Assembly (NCBI GenBank): GCA_951406725.2
Contig: OX597831.1
Span: forward strand, 9,362,001 to 9,426,000
Direction: 5' to 3'
Length of the DNA: 64,000 nucleotides
Source: Octopus vulgaris
Lineage: Eukaryota
Positions within the stretch are counted from its first letter, which is position 1, and each line of letters opens with the position of its first letter. The notes under the pieces were generated by a model that was not told the DNA's origin, ran no database searches, and saw nothing but the letters and a program-made list of their open reading frames with translations. The position numbers and the translations under genes were made by a program. Of the stretch, positions 1-12,877 are shown in pieces.

Positions 1-215
1 GCATCGTACAAATACTTGGTGTTCTTTCTTTCTAACTGTACCTTTTTAATTATAAAAATAAATAGTATTTCAGATTTTGGTGATTACTTCGATCCGGGTA
101 CTTGTTTACGATGCGGTGTGCCATACTATACAAGAGTATGCGTCGTAGTTTTCCTCCTCCATCCACACAACCGTTTTGCAACACCATTCATATGCCAATA
201 CTCTTCCTTATATAA

Positions 216-446
216 GGCGGCGAGCTGGCAGAAACGTTAGCACGCCGGGCGAAATGCTTAGCGGTATTTCGTCTGCCGCTACGCTCTGGGTTCAAATTCC
301 GCCGAGGTCGACTTTGCCTTTCATCCTTTCGGGGTCGATTAAATAAGTACCAGTTACGCACTGGGGTCGATGCAATCGACTTAATCCGTTTGTCTCTCCT
401 TGTTTATCTCCTCTATGTTTAGCCCCCTGTGGGCAATAAAGAAATA
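216..446 (+). mobile_element. SINE family A, full-length copy
   Basis: Starts GGCGGCGAGCTGGCAGAAACGTTAGC, has B-box-like GTTCAAATTCC and central GTCGACTTTGCCTTTCATCCTTTCGGGGTCGA, ends AAAGAAATA. Near-identical copies at 8081, 33207 and 45661-46428. Confidence 0.9.
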
Positions 447-1074
447 AATATATATTATTAAAAGCAGAATATTATTATTATCTAATTAAAAGGAATTTTT
501 TTTAGATAAGTGAAGAATCGTCGTGCAAATGACTAAAAATAGTGAAAAGTAGGGGAGAGGAGAAAATTAAAATTAATTAAAATTAATTAGATATAAATAG
601 AAATACTTTGGATTACAAAAAAGGTGCGTAGATGGACAACATTTTGAGGGGAAATTATATAATTTGTTATTAAGATTCCGAGAGAGACAATCACAGCGGG
701 GATGACAACAACAAAGAATTTTGCCTTTGATACGATTCTAAAACTCTTATTTCAATTTTCTCTTATAAATGGTTCGCCATAACAGCAGTTTAATACCATA
801 TCCTCCTCTTCGTCGCTCTCACCGTCCTCGTCGTTCTCTTCCTCCCCTTCAACCCCCTCCTTCTCCTCCCTTTCCTCCTACACTTCTCCACTCTCCTCCT
901 CTTCTTTCTCCCCCCCCCCCCCGCTCCTCTTTGTTTTCCACGCATCCTCTGTAATTCTAAAACCCGGCGACCATGCGAGAATTCCACTGTGTTCTTTACA
1001 GGGTGAATCAGAGCGATATCGACTCATCTTCTCTTCCCCCGCAGCATGATGACAGAGATTTCCCGGGAAGGCTT

Positions 1075-1158
1075 TAAGGAGGGGGAGGAGGTGATACGAG
1101 GGGTGGTAGTATCAGGAAGAGGAGGGGAAGAAGGCGGAGGGACGAAGTGGGCGGAATA

Positions 1159-1253
<95 letters not shown>

Positions 1254-1469
1254 AAGAAGAAGAAGAAGAAGAAGAAGAAGGAGAAAGGAACGGGAAGAAA
1301 TGGTGGGGGTGGCATGAAACGGAACGACAGGAAGCAGAACAACAAGTGCAGCAACAGTCACTGTTCAATGACAATGAAGAGAGCAGCATGATCATCGTCA
1401 TCATCATCAAGAGTAGCAGTAACGACAATATTTGTAAAGATATAACAAATAATAATAATAATAATAATG

Positions 1470-1545
<76 letters not shown>

Positions 1546-1810
1546 GAAGAAGAAGAAGAAGAAGTAGAAGGAGAAGGAGGAGAAGAAGAAGAAGAAGAAG
1601 AGAAGTAGAAGGAGAAGAAGAAAAAGAAGAAGAAGAAGAAGAAGTAGAAGAAGGAGAAGAAGGAGAAGAAAAAAGATGAAGAAGAAGGAAGAGAAGAAAA
1701 AAAAGAAAAGGATGATGGAGAAGAAGAGGAGGGGAGAAGAAGAAAGAGGAGAAGAGGGAGAAGAGGAAGAAAAAGAAGATGAAGTGGGGGAATAGGAAGA
1801 AGGAGCAGAA
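1075..1810. repeat. Compound purine-rich microsatellite (GGA/AAT/AAG/GAG)
   Basis: Long (AAT)n and (AAG)n tracts seen directly; they generate the spurious poly-N/I/L/S ORFs. Confidence 0.95.
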
Positions 1811-2489
1811 TCGATGGTTAGGAGGGTGAAAACAAAGGGCATCTTATTCTGTTTTGAAATCACTGAAAAGGTGAAAAGGTTCGTTTGAGTGATAAAATGA
1901 TTTCAAGTGATTTGACCTTAATATCGCTTTGCTCTCCAAAAACGCAGCAACAATGACAGCAACCTTCATCCCAGCAGTATTCCTTCCATACACCTCTGCA
2001 ATTTCTTTTGTCTCTTTTACCAAGTAATGGCTCACTATTTCTATAACCTGAAACGGTAGATTGCAATGAAAATAAAAGCTCCAATTGACACCCACAGGGT
2101 ATTTCAATGGACGACAAATTGATAGAAGCAATAGCTACTTAGGCACGAAAAATTGCTCTGCAGCTATATGGAGTTTCGTGTTCAGTCCCATACTGAAGAA
2201 TCATCGGCATGTTTAATTCTACCAAAGTCACGACCAACCAGTACCTTGGAAGTAACATTAGCAGAAGAAAACACGGAAAAGTCTGTTGCGCTTATGTATA
2301 GACATATATACACACAAAGATACACACACACACACACATATTTATATATGTAGTTATATTTTTCGTACGAAATATACAGACCGCATAAAAGTGCTCAAGT
2401 TGAACCTGAGACGTTAGACAAGTATAATAAATAGAATGGAGAAAGTTCAAATCAGGCTAACAAATAATAAACTCATAGGTATACGGATT

Positions 2490-2905
2490 TAAGTTAAGAT
2501 AAAAATTGCCCCCCAAAAATATATTGGTATATGAAAAATACGTGTAAAAATATGAAAATATATGGATATTAAAAATATATATGGACATATAAATATATGA
2601 ATATACAAACATATTAAAAATATACTGATGTATACGATTTTAAGAAAAGAATTAAAAATATAATGAAGAGAAAATAATAGGCGTCAAATACATAGTTTCA
2701 GGTTACATATGAAAAGAAAATATTCCTACGGCCGTTTCTAATAAAACGCTTTAATCTATAATCTTATGCTTCAGTATATTATTATGTTTTTATATTTATA
2801 TATTTATATGTCCATATATATTTTTGATATCCATATATTTTGATATTTTTATATGTATTTTTAATATATCAATGTATGTTTTTTGGAAAATTTTTATCTT
2901 CAATT
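2490..2905. repeat. Inverted repeat (~120-bp arms) enclosing a degenerate hammerhead motif; probable inverted PLE terminal repeat
   Basis: 2490-2610 (aagataaaaatt...tatatggacatataaatatat) is the imperfect reverse complement of 2785-2905. The minus strand between the arms reads CTGAAGC...GAAACGGCCGTAggaatatt. Confidence 0.65.
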
Positions 2906-3110
2906 AAATCAACAGACACAATCCAAGGATTCTGGTTATAGAAAACATTTTGTAGGGCTCAAAGGATTCGAACTGAGACTCCGATTTCTTTATGAGGGAC
3001 CAATCCCAAATGGAAAAGTGTGGCTATAAGAGGAATCAAGGTGAGGTGGCAAAGATTCTCTCTCTCGTTTTGTACACTGTAAGTTTAATCTATTAATAAA
3101 TAAATAAATA

Positions 3111-3262
3111 AGGCGAGCTGGCGAAACGTTAGCACGGCAATTTTGCCTTCAAATTCATCATCCTTTCGGGATCGATAAATTACATGCCACTTGCGTACTG
3201 GTTCGATCTAATCGACTGGCTCCTGCTTCAAAAATTTCGGGCCTTGTGCCTAGAATAAAGAA
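3111..3262 (+). mobile_element. SINE family A, degenerate and internally deleted
   Basis: GGCGAGCTGGCGAAACGTTAGCACG head and tcatcctttcgggatcgataaat central motif. Confidence 0.75.
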
Positions 3263-3276
3263 TATATAAATATCTA

Positions 3277-3333
<57 letters not shown>

Positions 3334-3683
3334 TTATGTATTGTGTATCAAACGCAAGCTGTTATCTTTTGTTTACCTGTATAATTGTCTCTCTCTTTCT
3401 ATTTCTTTTATGCATAGTGATCCTGTTAACCTGGTTGATAGGACTCAGTGTATATATATATAGAACGAGAAGGAAATAAGGTACTAAGTCATGAACTTCA
3501 ATAGCTTGCAACTTTTTCTACTATAAGATGCATTGTACTCTTATTTGAGTGCTTGTGTATCTCCCTGTAGCTTCATCGGAGCTTCAAGGCAGTAAAGTGC
3601 AATTTTATTTGGTGAAGCGTTTTTACACACACACAAACACTGACACACACATACACACACATACACATTAATACGTATATCTA

Positions 3684-3748
<65 letters not shown>

Positions 3749-4689
3749 ATATATATATATACATGTGTGTGTGCGCGTGTGCATGTGTGTGCATATATTC
3801 GCATATATATATGGATATATATTCATGTATATATGTATGTATGGATATACGTTTCTGAATGTTTGTGCTTGTCCCTCTAATGTCTGCTTTGTTTAGATCT
3901 CTGTAACTTAGCGCTCCGACAACGGCAGGAGATACAATAAGTACCAGGCCTAGAATAAGCACGCTGGTCGAGTGTTGAACTTATTTAGCAAGGCAGAACT
4001 CCAGAATGGCCACACTTGAATGACTTAAACAAATAAAAAAAATTACGTAGATTACTAACAACAAATACCTAATTAGAGAAATAATAATAATTAACTGTCA
4101 GCGTTAAACGAACGTGTAACTTCCCTACTCTCTGCGTCCGAAAGTATTTTACCGCCATTGATTATGCTTTCAGTTACACATCAGAGATCGAAGTATGTGT
4201 TAATGGGAAGGATGATTACTTTAAACCATAGCTTCGTTTATCTACCATCAAACAGTCTTACTGTAGCTTACCTCAGGTAAATTGGTTTGTTGACGATGTC
4301 CCTCTTCTAGAAAGTAAACAAACTGGAGGAATTGATTACTGCGAATCAGAAAAAAAAAATGAAACGTTTATTGAGTTTACTGCGCAGACACAATTTTGAG
4401 CTTCTATTGATGTAAATAGCGAACACATTCTAGCGTGTTTCCAATCATTGGTACATACTCTGTTATAGCGAGAGAAAGATGAACTGTTGAACGCATGAGA
4501 GAATATCATTTAGATTTGTGTAAAGCTGGAAAATACACACAGAACATTAAAATAAACGCTATGATGTGAGTGTATGATTTATTTCTGTGCGTAAAGTTAA
4601 TATGTAATCTTTATATCATCATAGCAAATGTTTCGTAAATATTTATACTCAGAGGCAAATGATGATATTTGGAATTAAATCCCATGTTA

Positions 4690-4800
4690 TTTTTGGAATG
4701 CCAATAGTTGGAATCCTGTTATTCATATTCCAAGAGTTTCCGATGTATCTTGGGGCAGCTTTGAAGTAGTTTTCGGATTTTAAATCTGGATACGGCATTG
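4690..4800 (-). pseudogene. Penelope-like element RT fragment (decayed)
   Basis: Minus-strand FKAAPRYIGNSWNMNNRIP resembles the PLE RT segment LPSYIKDSWDFLxKLP (by eye). Confidence 0.35.
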
Positions 4801-5327
4801 AATTCTGGATAAGGGAAATGTACCGTTTTTCACTTAGAAACCGAGATTTAATATTTATTCCCGAATGCCAGAATTTCCCTCTGAGGCTAAAAATGCTTGA
4901 AGCATATTTAAATGTTATAAATATTTGATATCGTTCCCGGTTGAGACACAAAAAAGAAAAAATATATATATATCAGAGAAATTGGCGTTTTATTTCATTC
5001 TGTTTAGTGAAAAGTTGCTACATCTACCGGAGTAAAATTTAACACGGTTCCTTTACTTCTAGTAATCAGCTATAATGTGCAAATAGCAATTTATGGAGCG
5101 GCTGCATTTTTCGGTCGAAGTGAAATCAATAAAACTTGAAACCCGGAAGCCAAGCAGTTGCTTTGAATTCCCAAGAGATCAGAGGGACGAAGACCAACAA
5201 ATAGGCATTTTGCTCCGAGGCTAAAACTATGGACCCGTATGAAATGTTTATCATGATTTAATGTAGTTCCACATGCAGAAATAGATATACATGCATTTGA
5301 ACATACTCACACATACATATACTTGAA

Positions 5328-5336
5328 TCTATCTAT

Positions 5337-5412
<76 letters not shown>

Positions 5413-5433
5413 ATCGATCTATCTATCTATCTA
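5328..5433. repeat. (TCTA)n microsatellite
   Basis: Seen directly. Confidence 0.95.
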
Positions 5434-5749
5434 TTAAAAGAGGCTGAAAGGAGAAGTCGACTCGGCACAATTTGAACTCAGAGCCAGAAGACGGACAAAA
5501 TGCCACTAAGCATTACGCCCATTGTGCTAACCATTCTGCCATCTAACCGCCTTGTGCTATCGAAATATTTTAACACCTGAAATTAAATCCCCTTCAACTT
5601 GGAATTGAAGCTAAATGCCTAATTTTTCATTATTTGCAGTTTGAAATAAAATTACAGAGTTTCGCTCGTAAGCCAAACGCATGATTTGACCGGCGTCCAG
5701 ATAATTGTAAATATTACTGATATTCAGGCATACTAATGCCTTGAGTTTA

Positions 5750-6150
5750 GATGTATAATGAGATATCTGATTCTGGTAACGCTTGAACTTAGATGTATCT
5801 CGTCCTACATTCTGATATTTCTCTCATATAACTTCATAGCTTACTAGAAATATCATTTCAGTTTAACAAGTCTTATTGTACACCTCCTGTTTCTTTTGCT
5901 TGTAAGCAAATCGAGTCTTTGTTGTGCAAATGATGGGCATTCATTACAAATTATCACAGATGTATCTAAACATCTCACTTCATCAGTCATGTTTAAGTTC
6001 AGTTCTTTTGTGAAATCACTGCCCTCGCTCAGATGCTTAATGATAGAATCTTACTTACTGTATTCTATCATTACACAGCAGGATATTGGCAAATTTATAT
6101 CATTATGAAAGCATTCCATCTGCAGTTTATCTGACAACACAATAAAGTAA
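5750..6150 (-). pseudogene. Mariner-like transposase N-terminal (HTH) relic
   Basis: Minus strand ...FTKELNLNMTDEVRCLDTSVII...SKRNRRCTI resembles mariner FKEGRTxVxDExRSGRPSVI...ENRRFTI; contains an in-frame stop. Confidence 0.5.
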
Positions 6151-7674
6151 TCAAATCATTTTAGTTGCTATTGAAAAAACTACCAGAAACAGCGAGAGAA
6201 TGATATAACTAACCGTGATTATTTATTCATTTTCTTTTCTAGTCTTTGTTCTTGGTGTTGGTTCTCTATGTCTCTGCTATTCGCCATTTACTTGGATGTT
6301 CTGTAAAAAAAAATATGCATAGGAAACAAAAAAAAAAAGACCTCGAAAACAAGAGATCAAAATACACAAAATGTCTTGTGTTGGAAAGAAGGACTTTTAA
6401 ATCGATCTGAAAGTTTGCAAGAAAGTTGGTAAATATCAGTTTGTAAATTATCAAGAAATAAAGCAAATAAACCAAAAAAATAAGAGAAATAACGAAAAGA
6501 ATCATTGAAGTTTTATTGCTGGTTTTATTGCAGCCTCAACTACAATCACAACGTCCGTCAGTGACAATTATTGATCATAGTTTTGCTAATTTATATTCCG
6601 AGTGTCAGTTATTGACTGTTATTCTTAGTTTATTAACTGTTGCTATTATAACCAGGCCAGCACTTACTGAACGTTACTTACAGTCACATTATTTCTTGCT
6701 TATATAACGACTTACTGACAGTTACTGATACTTCAGTTTTGCTCCTTTAATCGAGAACGGCAGTGACTGTCAGTTTGACTTCGACATGCCAGTGTTGCCG
6801 GCCATGAATAGTATCTCGTTTACTGTTAATGAAGGCAGCCATTGTAATATTACTATTTTATTACTGTAATTAATGCAATCACTGCTCTATTACTATACTA
6901 CCATGGAGGCAGATACTCTTATATAATGGACGTTCTGGCTAAGGGTATCCGTTATATATATTATAAAGAAAGATGGTAGAGATTTAAGCCAACGTGTCCT
7001 TCATAGGGGTGGTGGTAGCTCATAGGAGGGGAGTCAGCCATTTCAGAAATGGGGCCGCGGGGATGGAGGATCTTTCCACTTCTCTCACAAAATTGTGAAA
7101 ATTGACCAATTTCGGAATAATTTTGACATTGTGGTGACGTGCATATTTAGGATACATTCTTCTTCTGAGGGACGACATTTAATATTGGATATTGAAATAC
7201 CAACTGATTATTTATCTAGCACAAACCATTCATCATCATCATATCACAACTATTTTACATTATTTATATTTGTTATTTATATATAACACAAAACATAAAT
7301 ATATATTAGTTTATATTTTATGTGATATGTATATTTTCGTATTGAATATGCTAAATGTAAATAATATTATTTGTAAAGACAAGCTGAAAGACTTCAAGAA
7401 CCTAAATGTAACAACATGTATTAATAACGAACCCGTGTTGTTCGTGGATTTGTAGTGTGAGACTGATAGAGTTAAAATATATTTAAACAAAAGTATGAGA
7501 AATGCTGTCCCAGAGTCTCATGGCACGAAACTGATTTGTCTTCATTAAACACGATTTATTAAAAAGCATTTCTTCAGAAGACAATCAAATCTGTATAATT
7601 TCCTTTATCGATTATTGAATACATGAAGTTTAATGTATCCCAATAAGATTTAATTAATCAAAGCTTAAACTGGT

Positions 7675-7878
7675 TTTAGATTTCGGCACAAAGCCAGCGA
7701 TTTGAGAGGATGGGGATGAGTCGATTACTTCGCCTCAACTGGTACTTATTTTATCGAACCCAAATGTATGATAGGCAAAGTCGACCCCGGCAGCATTTGA
7801 ACTCAGAATGTAAACCCGGACGCAATGCCGCTGAGCATCTTACCAGGCATGCATATCATTTTGCCAGCTAACCGTCTT
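7675..7878 (-). mobile_element. SINE family A, older copy
   Basis: ggcaaagtcgaccccggcagcatttgaactcagaatgta...ttgccagctaaccg is the reverse complement of the family A head and centre. Confidence 0.8.
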
Positions 7879-8080
7879 ATGTTGCAGTAATATCCGTCTC
7901 AAATTTTGGTGTAAGGCCAGCAATTTTGGGGAAGGTGTATGTCAATTATATCCACCCCAGTACTCAACTGGATACGATGAAAACCAAAGACGACGACTCC
8001 AGGGTAATTCGAAATCAAACCGTAAAGACTGATTAAATGCCGATATGTATTTTGTCCGTCGATATTGCCGTAAATATCAA

Positions 8081-8311
8081 GGCGGTGAGCTGGCAGACAC
8101 GTTAGCACGCCGGGCGAAATGCTTAGCGATATTTCGTCTGCCGTTACGTTCTGAGTTCAAATTCCGCCGAGGTCGACTTTGCCTTTCATCCTTTAGGGGT
8201 CGATAAATTAAGTACTAGTTACGCACTGGCGTCGATATAATCGACTTAATCCGTTTTTCTGTCCTTGTTTGTCCTCTATGTGCCTAGCCCCTTGTGGGTA
8301 GTAAAGAAATA
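8081..8311 (+). mobile_element. SINE family A, full length, with ~20-bp target-site duplication
   Basis: Matches 216-446. Flanked by gatattgccgtaaatatcaa (8061-8080) and gatattgccgttaatattaa (8312-8331). Confidence 0.92.
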
Positions 8312-8671
8312 GATATTGCCGTTAATATTAAGAAATATCGCGTTCAGTATCACGATTGTTCAAAGAAATGCAAACCGCAGTTAGTAATATGTAGGCATTT
8401 ATTTCACAAGCACACAAACTAGGAACCTCTGGATTAACAGTGATGGTTTCTTGGGTTTCAATGATGCAAACAAGTAAAATAATTATTCTTGAGGTTAGTC
8501 GGACGGTATGTCCGAATTAGAATTTAAAATATATATCTTTATACAAAGAAGCGCATTACTATTATTGAAAAAGAACAAACAATGTGGAGTCTTGAGATTT
8601 TCAATTAAAAAATAATATAGAAATTTACACACTAATTTTGGGATCAGTGAATAAATTTCACTGAAAATTTA

Positions 8672-8818
8672 TATATATTTACGAGGTCTAGACAGACATC
8701 TTCAGCTAGCAGGCCTCTGCTACTCTAGACCGATGATGGGCAAAGACCCTGAAACATGCGTATCTCTAGATGCAGGCCTAGCTGTTGGGGGTATTTGTCT
8801 CCCCTTCGTAAATATATA
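8672..8818 (+). ncRNA. Long hairpin with a type-I hammerhead-like motif at its apex
   Basis: Core CCGATGA (8730-8736), stem II ggg-caaaga-ccc, GAAA (8751-8754), catgc, GTA triplet (8760-8762). Outer arms pair: cagctag/ctagctg and tatatttacga/tcgtaaatata. Confidence 0.55.
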
Positions 8819-9774
8819 AGGACACAGGAAATGTGTCGAGGCCGACAGGAAGCGTCGATGCTTCCTAGGGCTAAACAGCGGTGGTGTAATTCCCTTACCG
8901 TCACGTTAAGTTGACAGTATACAACCACTCTATCGTCCCACCACCGTACATATCTCTATGAGATATTTAGAAATTTAATATTTCTGATTTATAATAGAAT
9001 TTGTGGTATAGCAACAACATGCTATGTCTACTGTGACGATGAAAAGAAGAAAGTAAACACTGTTTCGATTCCTAGGACTCGAGGTCAGTTATATGGTTTC
9101 CATAGCGAAGAGCTTACAGCATTCGCCTGAACGAGATGCCTGTCCTTCAGAGCATCACTCATTGGCGGCTGAGTGGAGAGCAGAAACGTGGAAAGAATTG
9201 TTTTGTTGAAGAACATAACTCACCTCACTGCTCGGCCCCAGAGCCATAATCTTGCTATTATGAGTGCAGCCATTCTCGTGAACCAAAATTAATTCTATTA
9301 TATCATTCGTGTTAAAAACAACATTCCGGGACAGAGTACGCTACAAATTTTCTTCAGTAAAACGAAGACATAAATTTCTTCCAAGTTTTCTCTTTAAAGA
9401 ATAACCTAAATATTTGGAGGCAATATTTTTTGTTGGTCATGGTATAGAGAAAAGATTCATATACCTCTCTGAAGGAGGAGGGTTGGAATGACTCTTCCCA
9501 AAGTTGTAGGGCCCTGTTTTAGGGCACTACAATTCTGGACGCATTTCGATTCGTAGATATAGAAATATAAATGGCTCAACCCCCGCCCCCCAAATCCCAC
9601 AATAACATGAAAAGCTGAGTTTTTCAAAACAATTAAGTCACCAGAATCCCTGAGCTCCCTCAACAAACTTCCCTAATGGTGTTGGTTCTTTATCTCGGAT
9701 CTAAAATGGTGGCAATGCGGAAATAACAACTTGATGCTAAATCGTTAATTCGGGACAATGTAAATGAACGTAAT

Positions 9775-9960
9775 GATACTACTACTACTACTACTACTAC
9801 TGCTACTACTACTACTACTACTACTACTACTGCCGCTGCTGCTGCCGCTGCAGCTGCTTCTGATACTACTACTACTACTACTACTACATCTGCTGCTGCT
9901 GCTGCTACTACTACTAACAACAACAACGATGACGGCAACAACAATTATTATTATTATTAC
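9775..9960. repeat. Compound (CTA)n/(CTG)n/(CAA)n microsatellite
   Basis: Seen directly. Confidence 0.95.
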
Positions 9961-10140
9961 GTCGGTGAGTTGACAGAATCGTTAGCGTGGAGGGCAAAAT
10001 GCTTAGCGGCATTTCGTCCGCCCTTCCGTTCTTAGTTCAAATGCCGTCGAGGTCGACTTTCTCTTTCATCCTTTCGGGATGTACTATTTGAGTACTAGGG
10101 TCGATGAAATCGACTCATCCCTTCCCAAAATGTCGGCTCT
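9961..10140 (+). mobile_element. SINE family A, degenerate
   Basis: ggtgagttgacagaatcgttagcgt...gaggtcgactttctctttcatcctttcggg matches family A. Confidence 0.8.
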
Positions 10141-11587
10141 TTCACTTATAGTATAAAAAATTGTCAGCGTCAGCATGATCATCAACTGCAAACGAGCAAA
10201 AAAGCATTTCATTAAATACACGACTTATTTCACACAATCTAACAATTCATAAAACTGTAACACAGTCTGAGGTATTTATAAAATATATCTTTCAATTTTT
10301 AAAAGTTACCTTAAATATAAAGTTTTTGTTTGTTCCTTCTCAAGCCAAAACGACAAAAGAATCCCCATTTTCACGCTTATTTGTCTTAAATATTCAGAAT
10401 TTTCTTACATCGGATCCAAAGTCAGTAATGTTAAAAATATTTCGCTTTAAAGCTTGAACTGAAATCACGGTCTCCAGACACTAGCATCAATATGAATGCG
10501 AAAAGCAGCTTGATCAACAATCAACCAAACAGGAAATGCTGCCAATTGCAGATAAACTGCATTTTGCAATCTTTGGCATTCTTAAATTCTTCGCCGTTTC
10601 GTCTGGGAATGCACTTGCCTGTTTAGTATCTCATCCTCGTAATCATTCACGCTGTTGCTGCCAATGATTTTGGCTGCTTCCATTAGTAAAAAGAATATGT
10701 TTTATTGCTACTTGTCTTTTAATAGTAACTGAACGTCTTGACTAGTATCAATGTGATTCCAATACCAAAATATGAATTGCAATGTAAAATTGCAAATTTA
10801 TTTAAAATAACAAACTTTTAGTACTTAAAAATAATGATTTGGTATAAAATTACAGTTTTAATGTGAAATCTCAGCGTGTCGGCAAAAATCAAATCAAATG
10901 TTTTGAACAAATACTTTCAATTTATTTTTTTTTGTGACAATTGTTTTGGTATAAAACTCTAATGAAGGAAAAAAAAGCATGAACAATAAAGTAAAAGATT
11001 GTGGAATTGTTCACTCAACATTCCAACCATGGCCATTCCATTTAGCGTTCATGGATTCCTTATTGGATTAAGATTCGGCGTGTCTCTGTGCTGAGAGTTC
11101 ACGTTGCTGTGCAGACTTGCTAGTGGTGGGTTGGATGTTTTGCGTCTGTAGTCTTGTTATTAGCCTTGGCCATTGGCAACGGGTTATTCCTATTTCTTCC
11201 ATAGAATCTTGGGTAGGCTTTCCAACGACGTCCATTCTAAAGATTCCGAAGATATAGTCGTAATTCTCAGAAGAGTCCAAATGGTAATTTCGAATTTCTG
11301 GTATCAGCATAATTAACCTGTGATATTTAATTTTATTTATCAATTAACCGGAAACATTGAAACAGATGCGATATGTGAAAAGCGAAACGATATAAAGATT
11401 CAAGATTCAAAACATGGGGTGTAAACAAGCTAAATAGTATGAGATATATAGTGTAGTATTACCGTTTCTTCATTATTTCACAGAGAAAAGAATCGCTCTA
11501 CATTCGTCCGACATGTTACAAATAGAGCTAAACATCCATCGAATGATATATATGCAATGAAGAGGACATATATGTAATGAGAATGAA

Positions 11588-11750
11588 CGCAGGAGTGGCT
11601 GTGTGGTAAGTAGCTTCCTAACCAACCACATGGTTCCGGGTTCAGTCCCACTGCGTGGCATCTTGGGCAAGTGTCTTCTGCTATAGCCCCGGGCCGACCA
11701 ATGCCTTGTGAGTGGATTTGGTAGACGGAAACTGAAAGAGGCCTGTGGTA

Positions 11751-11815
<65 letters not shown>

Positions 11816-12039
11816 TTGTGTATCTGTGTTTGTCCCCCTAGCATTGCTTGACAACCGATGCTGGTGTGTTTACGTCCCCGTCACTTAGCGGTTCGGCAAA
11901 AAGAGACCGATAGAATAAGTACTCGGCTTACAAAGAATAAGTCCCGGGGTCAATTTGCTCGACTAAAGGCGGTGCTCCAGCATGGCCGCAGTCAAATGAC
12001 TGAAACAAGTAAAAGAGTAAGAGTAAGAGTAAAAGAGTA
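11588..12039 (+). mobile_element. SINE family B (tRNA-derived, CORE-like), full length, with internal (TA)n(TG)n tract
   Basis: A-box TGGCTGTGTGG, B-box GGTTCAGTCCC, CORE-like atcttgggcaagtgtctt, tail ending gactgaaacaagtaaaagagt repeats. Near-identical copy at 61403. Confidence 0.9.
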
Positions 12040-12772
12040 GCATTGGGTGGATTATAACTGCAGCAAAATCAGGAGGATCTCGTCTTCGATGCTTTGACCA
12101 GTAGGTCAATTCAAGGAGGTTAAACGTGGAGTTATCTATAAAAATAATAACAATGTTAACAGTGGACGTTATTAGAAAAATATATGTGATCGACTTCTGA
12201 CACTATGAACCGTTATTTAATTTGTAATAAATTCAGTTATTTGCAAATCTTGCCGATATTCTGAGCTATTCTTCCCTTAATTCTTATTGGGTCAGTCATA
12301 TTAATGACCGCCTGCATTTTTCTTTACATGAAGGCATTGCAAACCTAGTCAAACAAATCAGTGAAGCTTGGATTGGTCAACGTGTCACATATCCATCCAT
12401 CACCTGAAAACATTAATAATAAGTATGGTATTTTACCGCTTGCATTTTACGCTAAAGTATTTGTTGAGACATTACAATATGAAGATCGCCATAGAACTGA
12501 TAAAAGACGACTATTTATTTCTCCTTTATCCCGTTCTAGTCTTTCACGATGCAATCTTCTACCGTCAGGCAATGTTTCTAGCGCTAAGCATATATAAAAA
12601 ATAAGGATCAACACGTGTTTATATTACAGTTATTACTTGCATTTCATCATCATGGTTCTTTGGAGCCCTGCGATAGATGTTCCAAATGGTTATTGGTACT
12701 TAAACACAACAGAATCACGAGAAACACTTTATTGTATCACGTTCAATTAGTATCTGTAACTTGACACACAAA

Positions 12773-12877
12773 AAAGTATTTCCTGAAGATGCGGCCTGTT
12801 CGAGCATCTATATGCATTTAGGACATCTCTCGCAGGGCTTCAAGGAAGCATAATGGTGAAACGCACGTAGGAACTTT
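12773..12877 (+). ncRNA. Type-I hammerhead-like motif, likely in a PLE 3' repeat
   Basis: aaagtatttc-CTGAAGA (12783-12789)...GAAA-cgcac-GTA-ggaacttt. Canonical core, quasi-palindromic stem III, long stem II region. Confidence 0.55.

Noticed and set aside
1024-1863. 279-aa ORF and the other poly-L/I/N/Y/T/YI ORFs
   Set aside because: They are translations of microsatellites, with no domain content or splice evidence.
6930-7456. Possible Helitron ending aacccgtgttgttcgtggatttgtag
   Set aside because: The hairpin and CTAG end are both degenerate and the 5' end cannot be defined.
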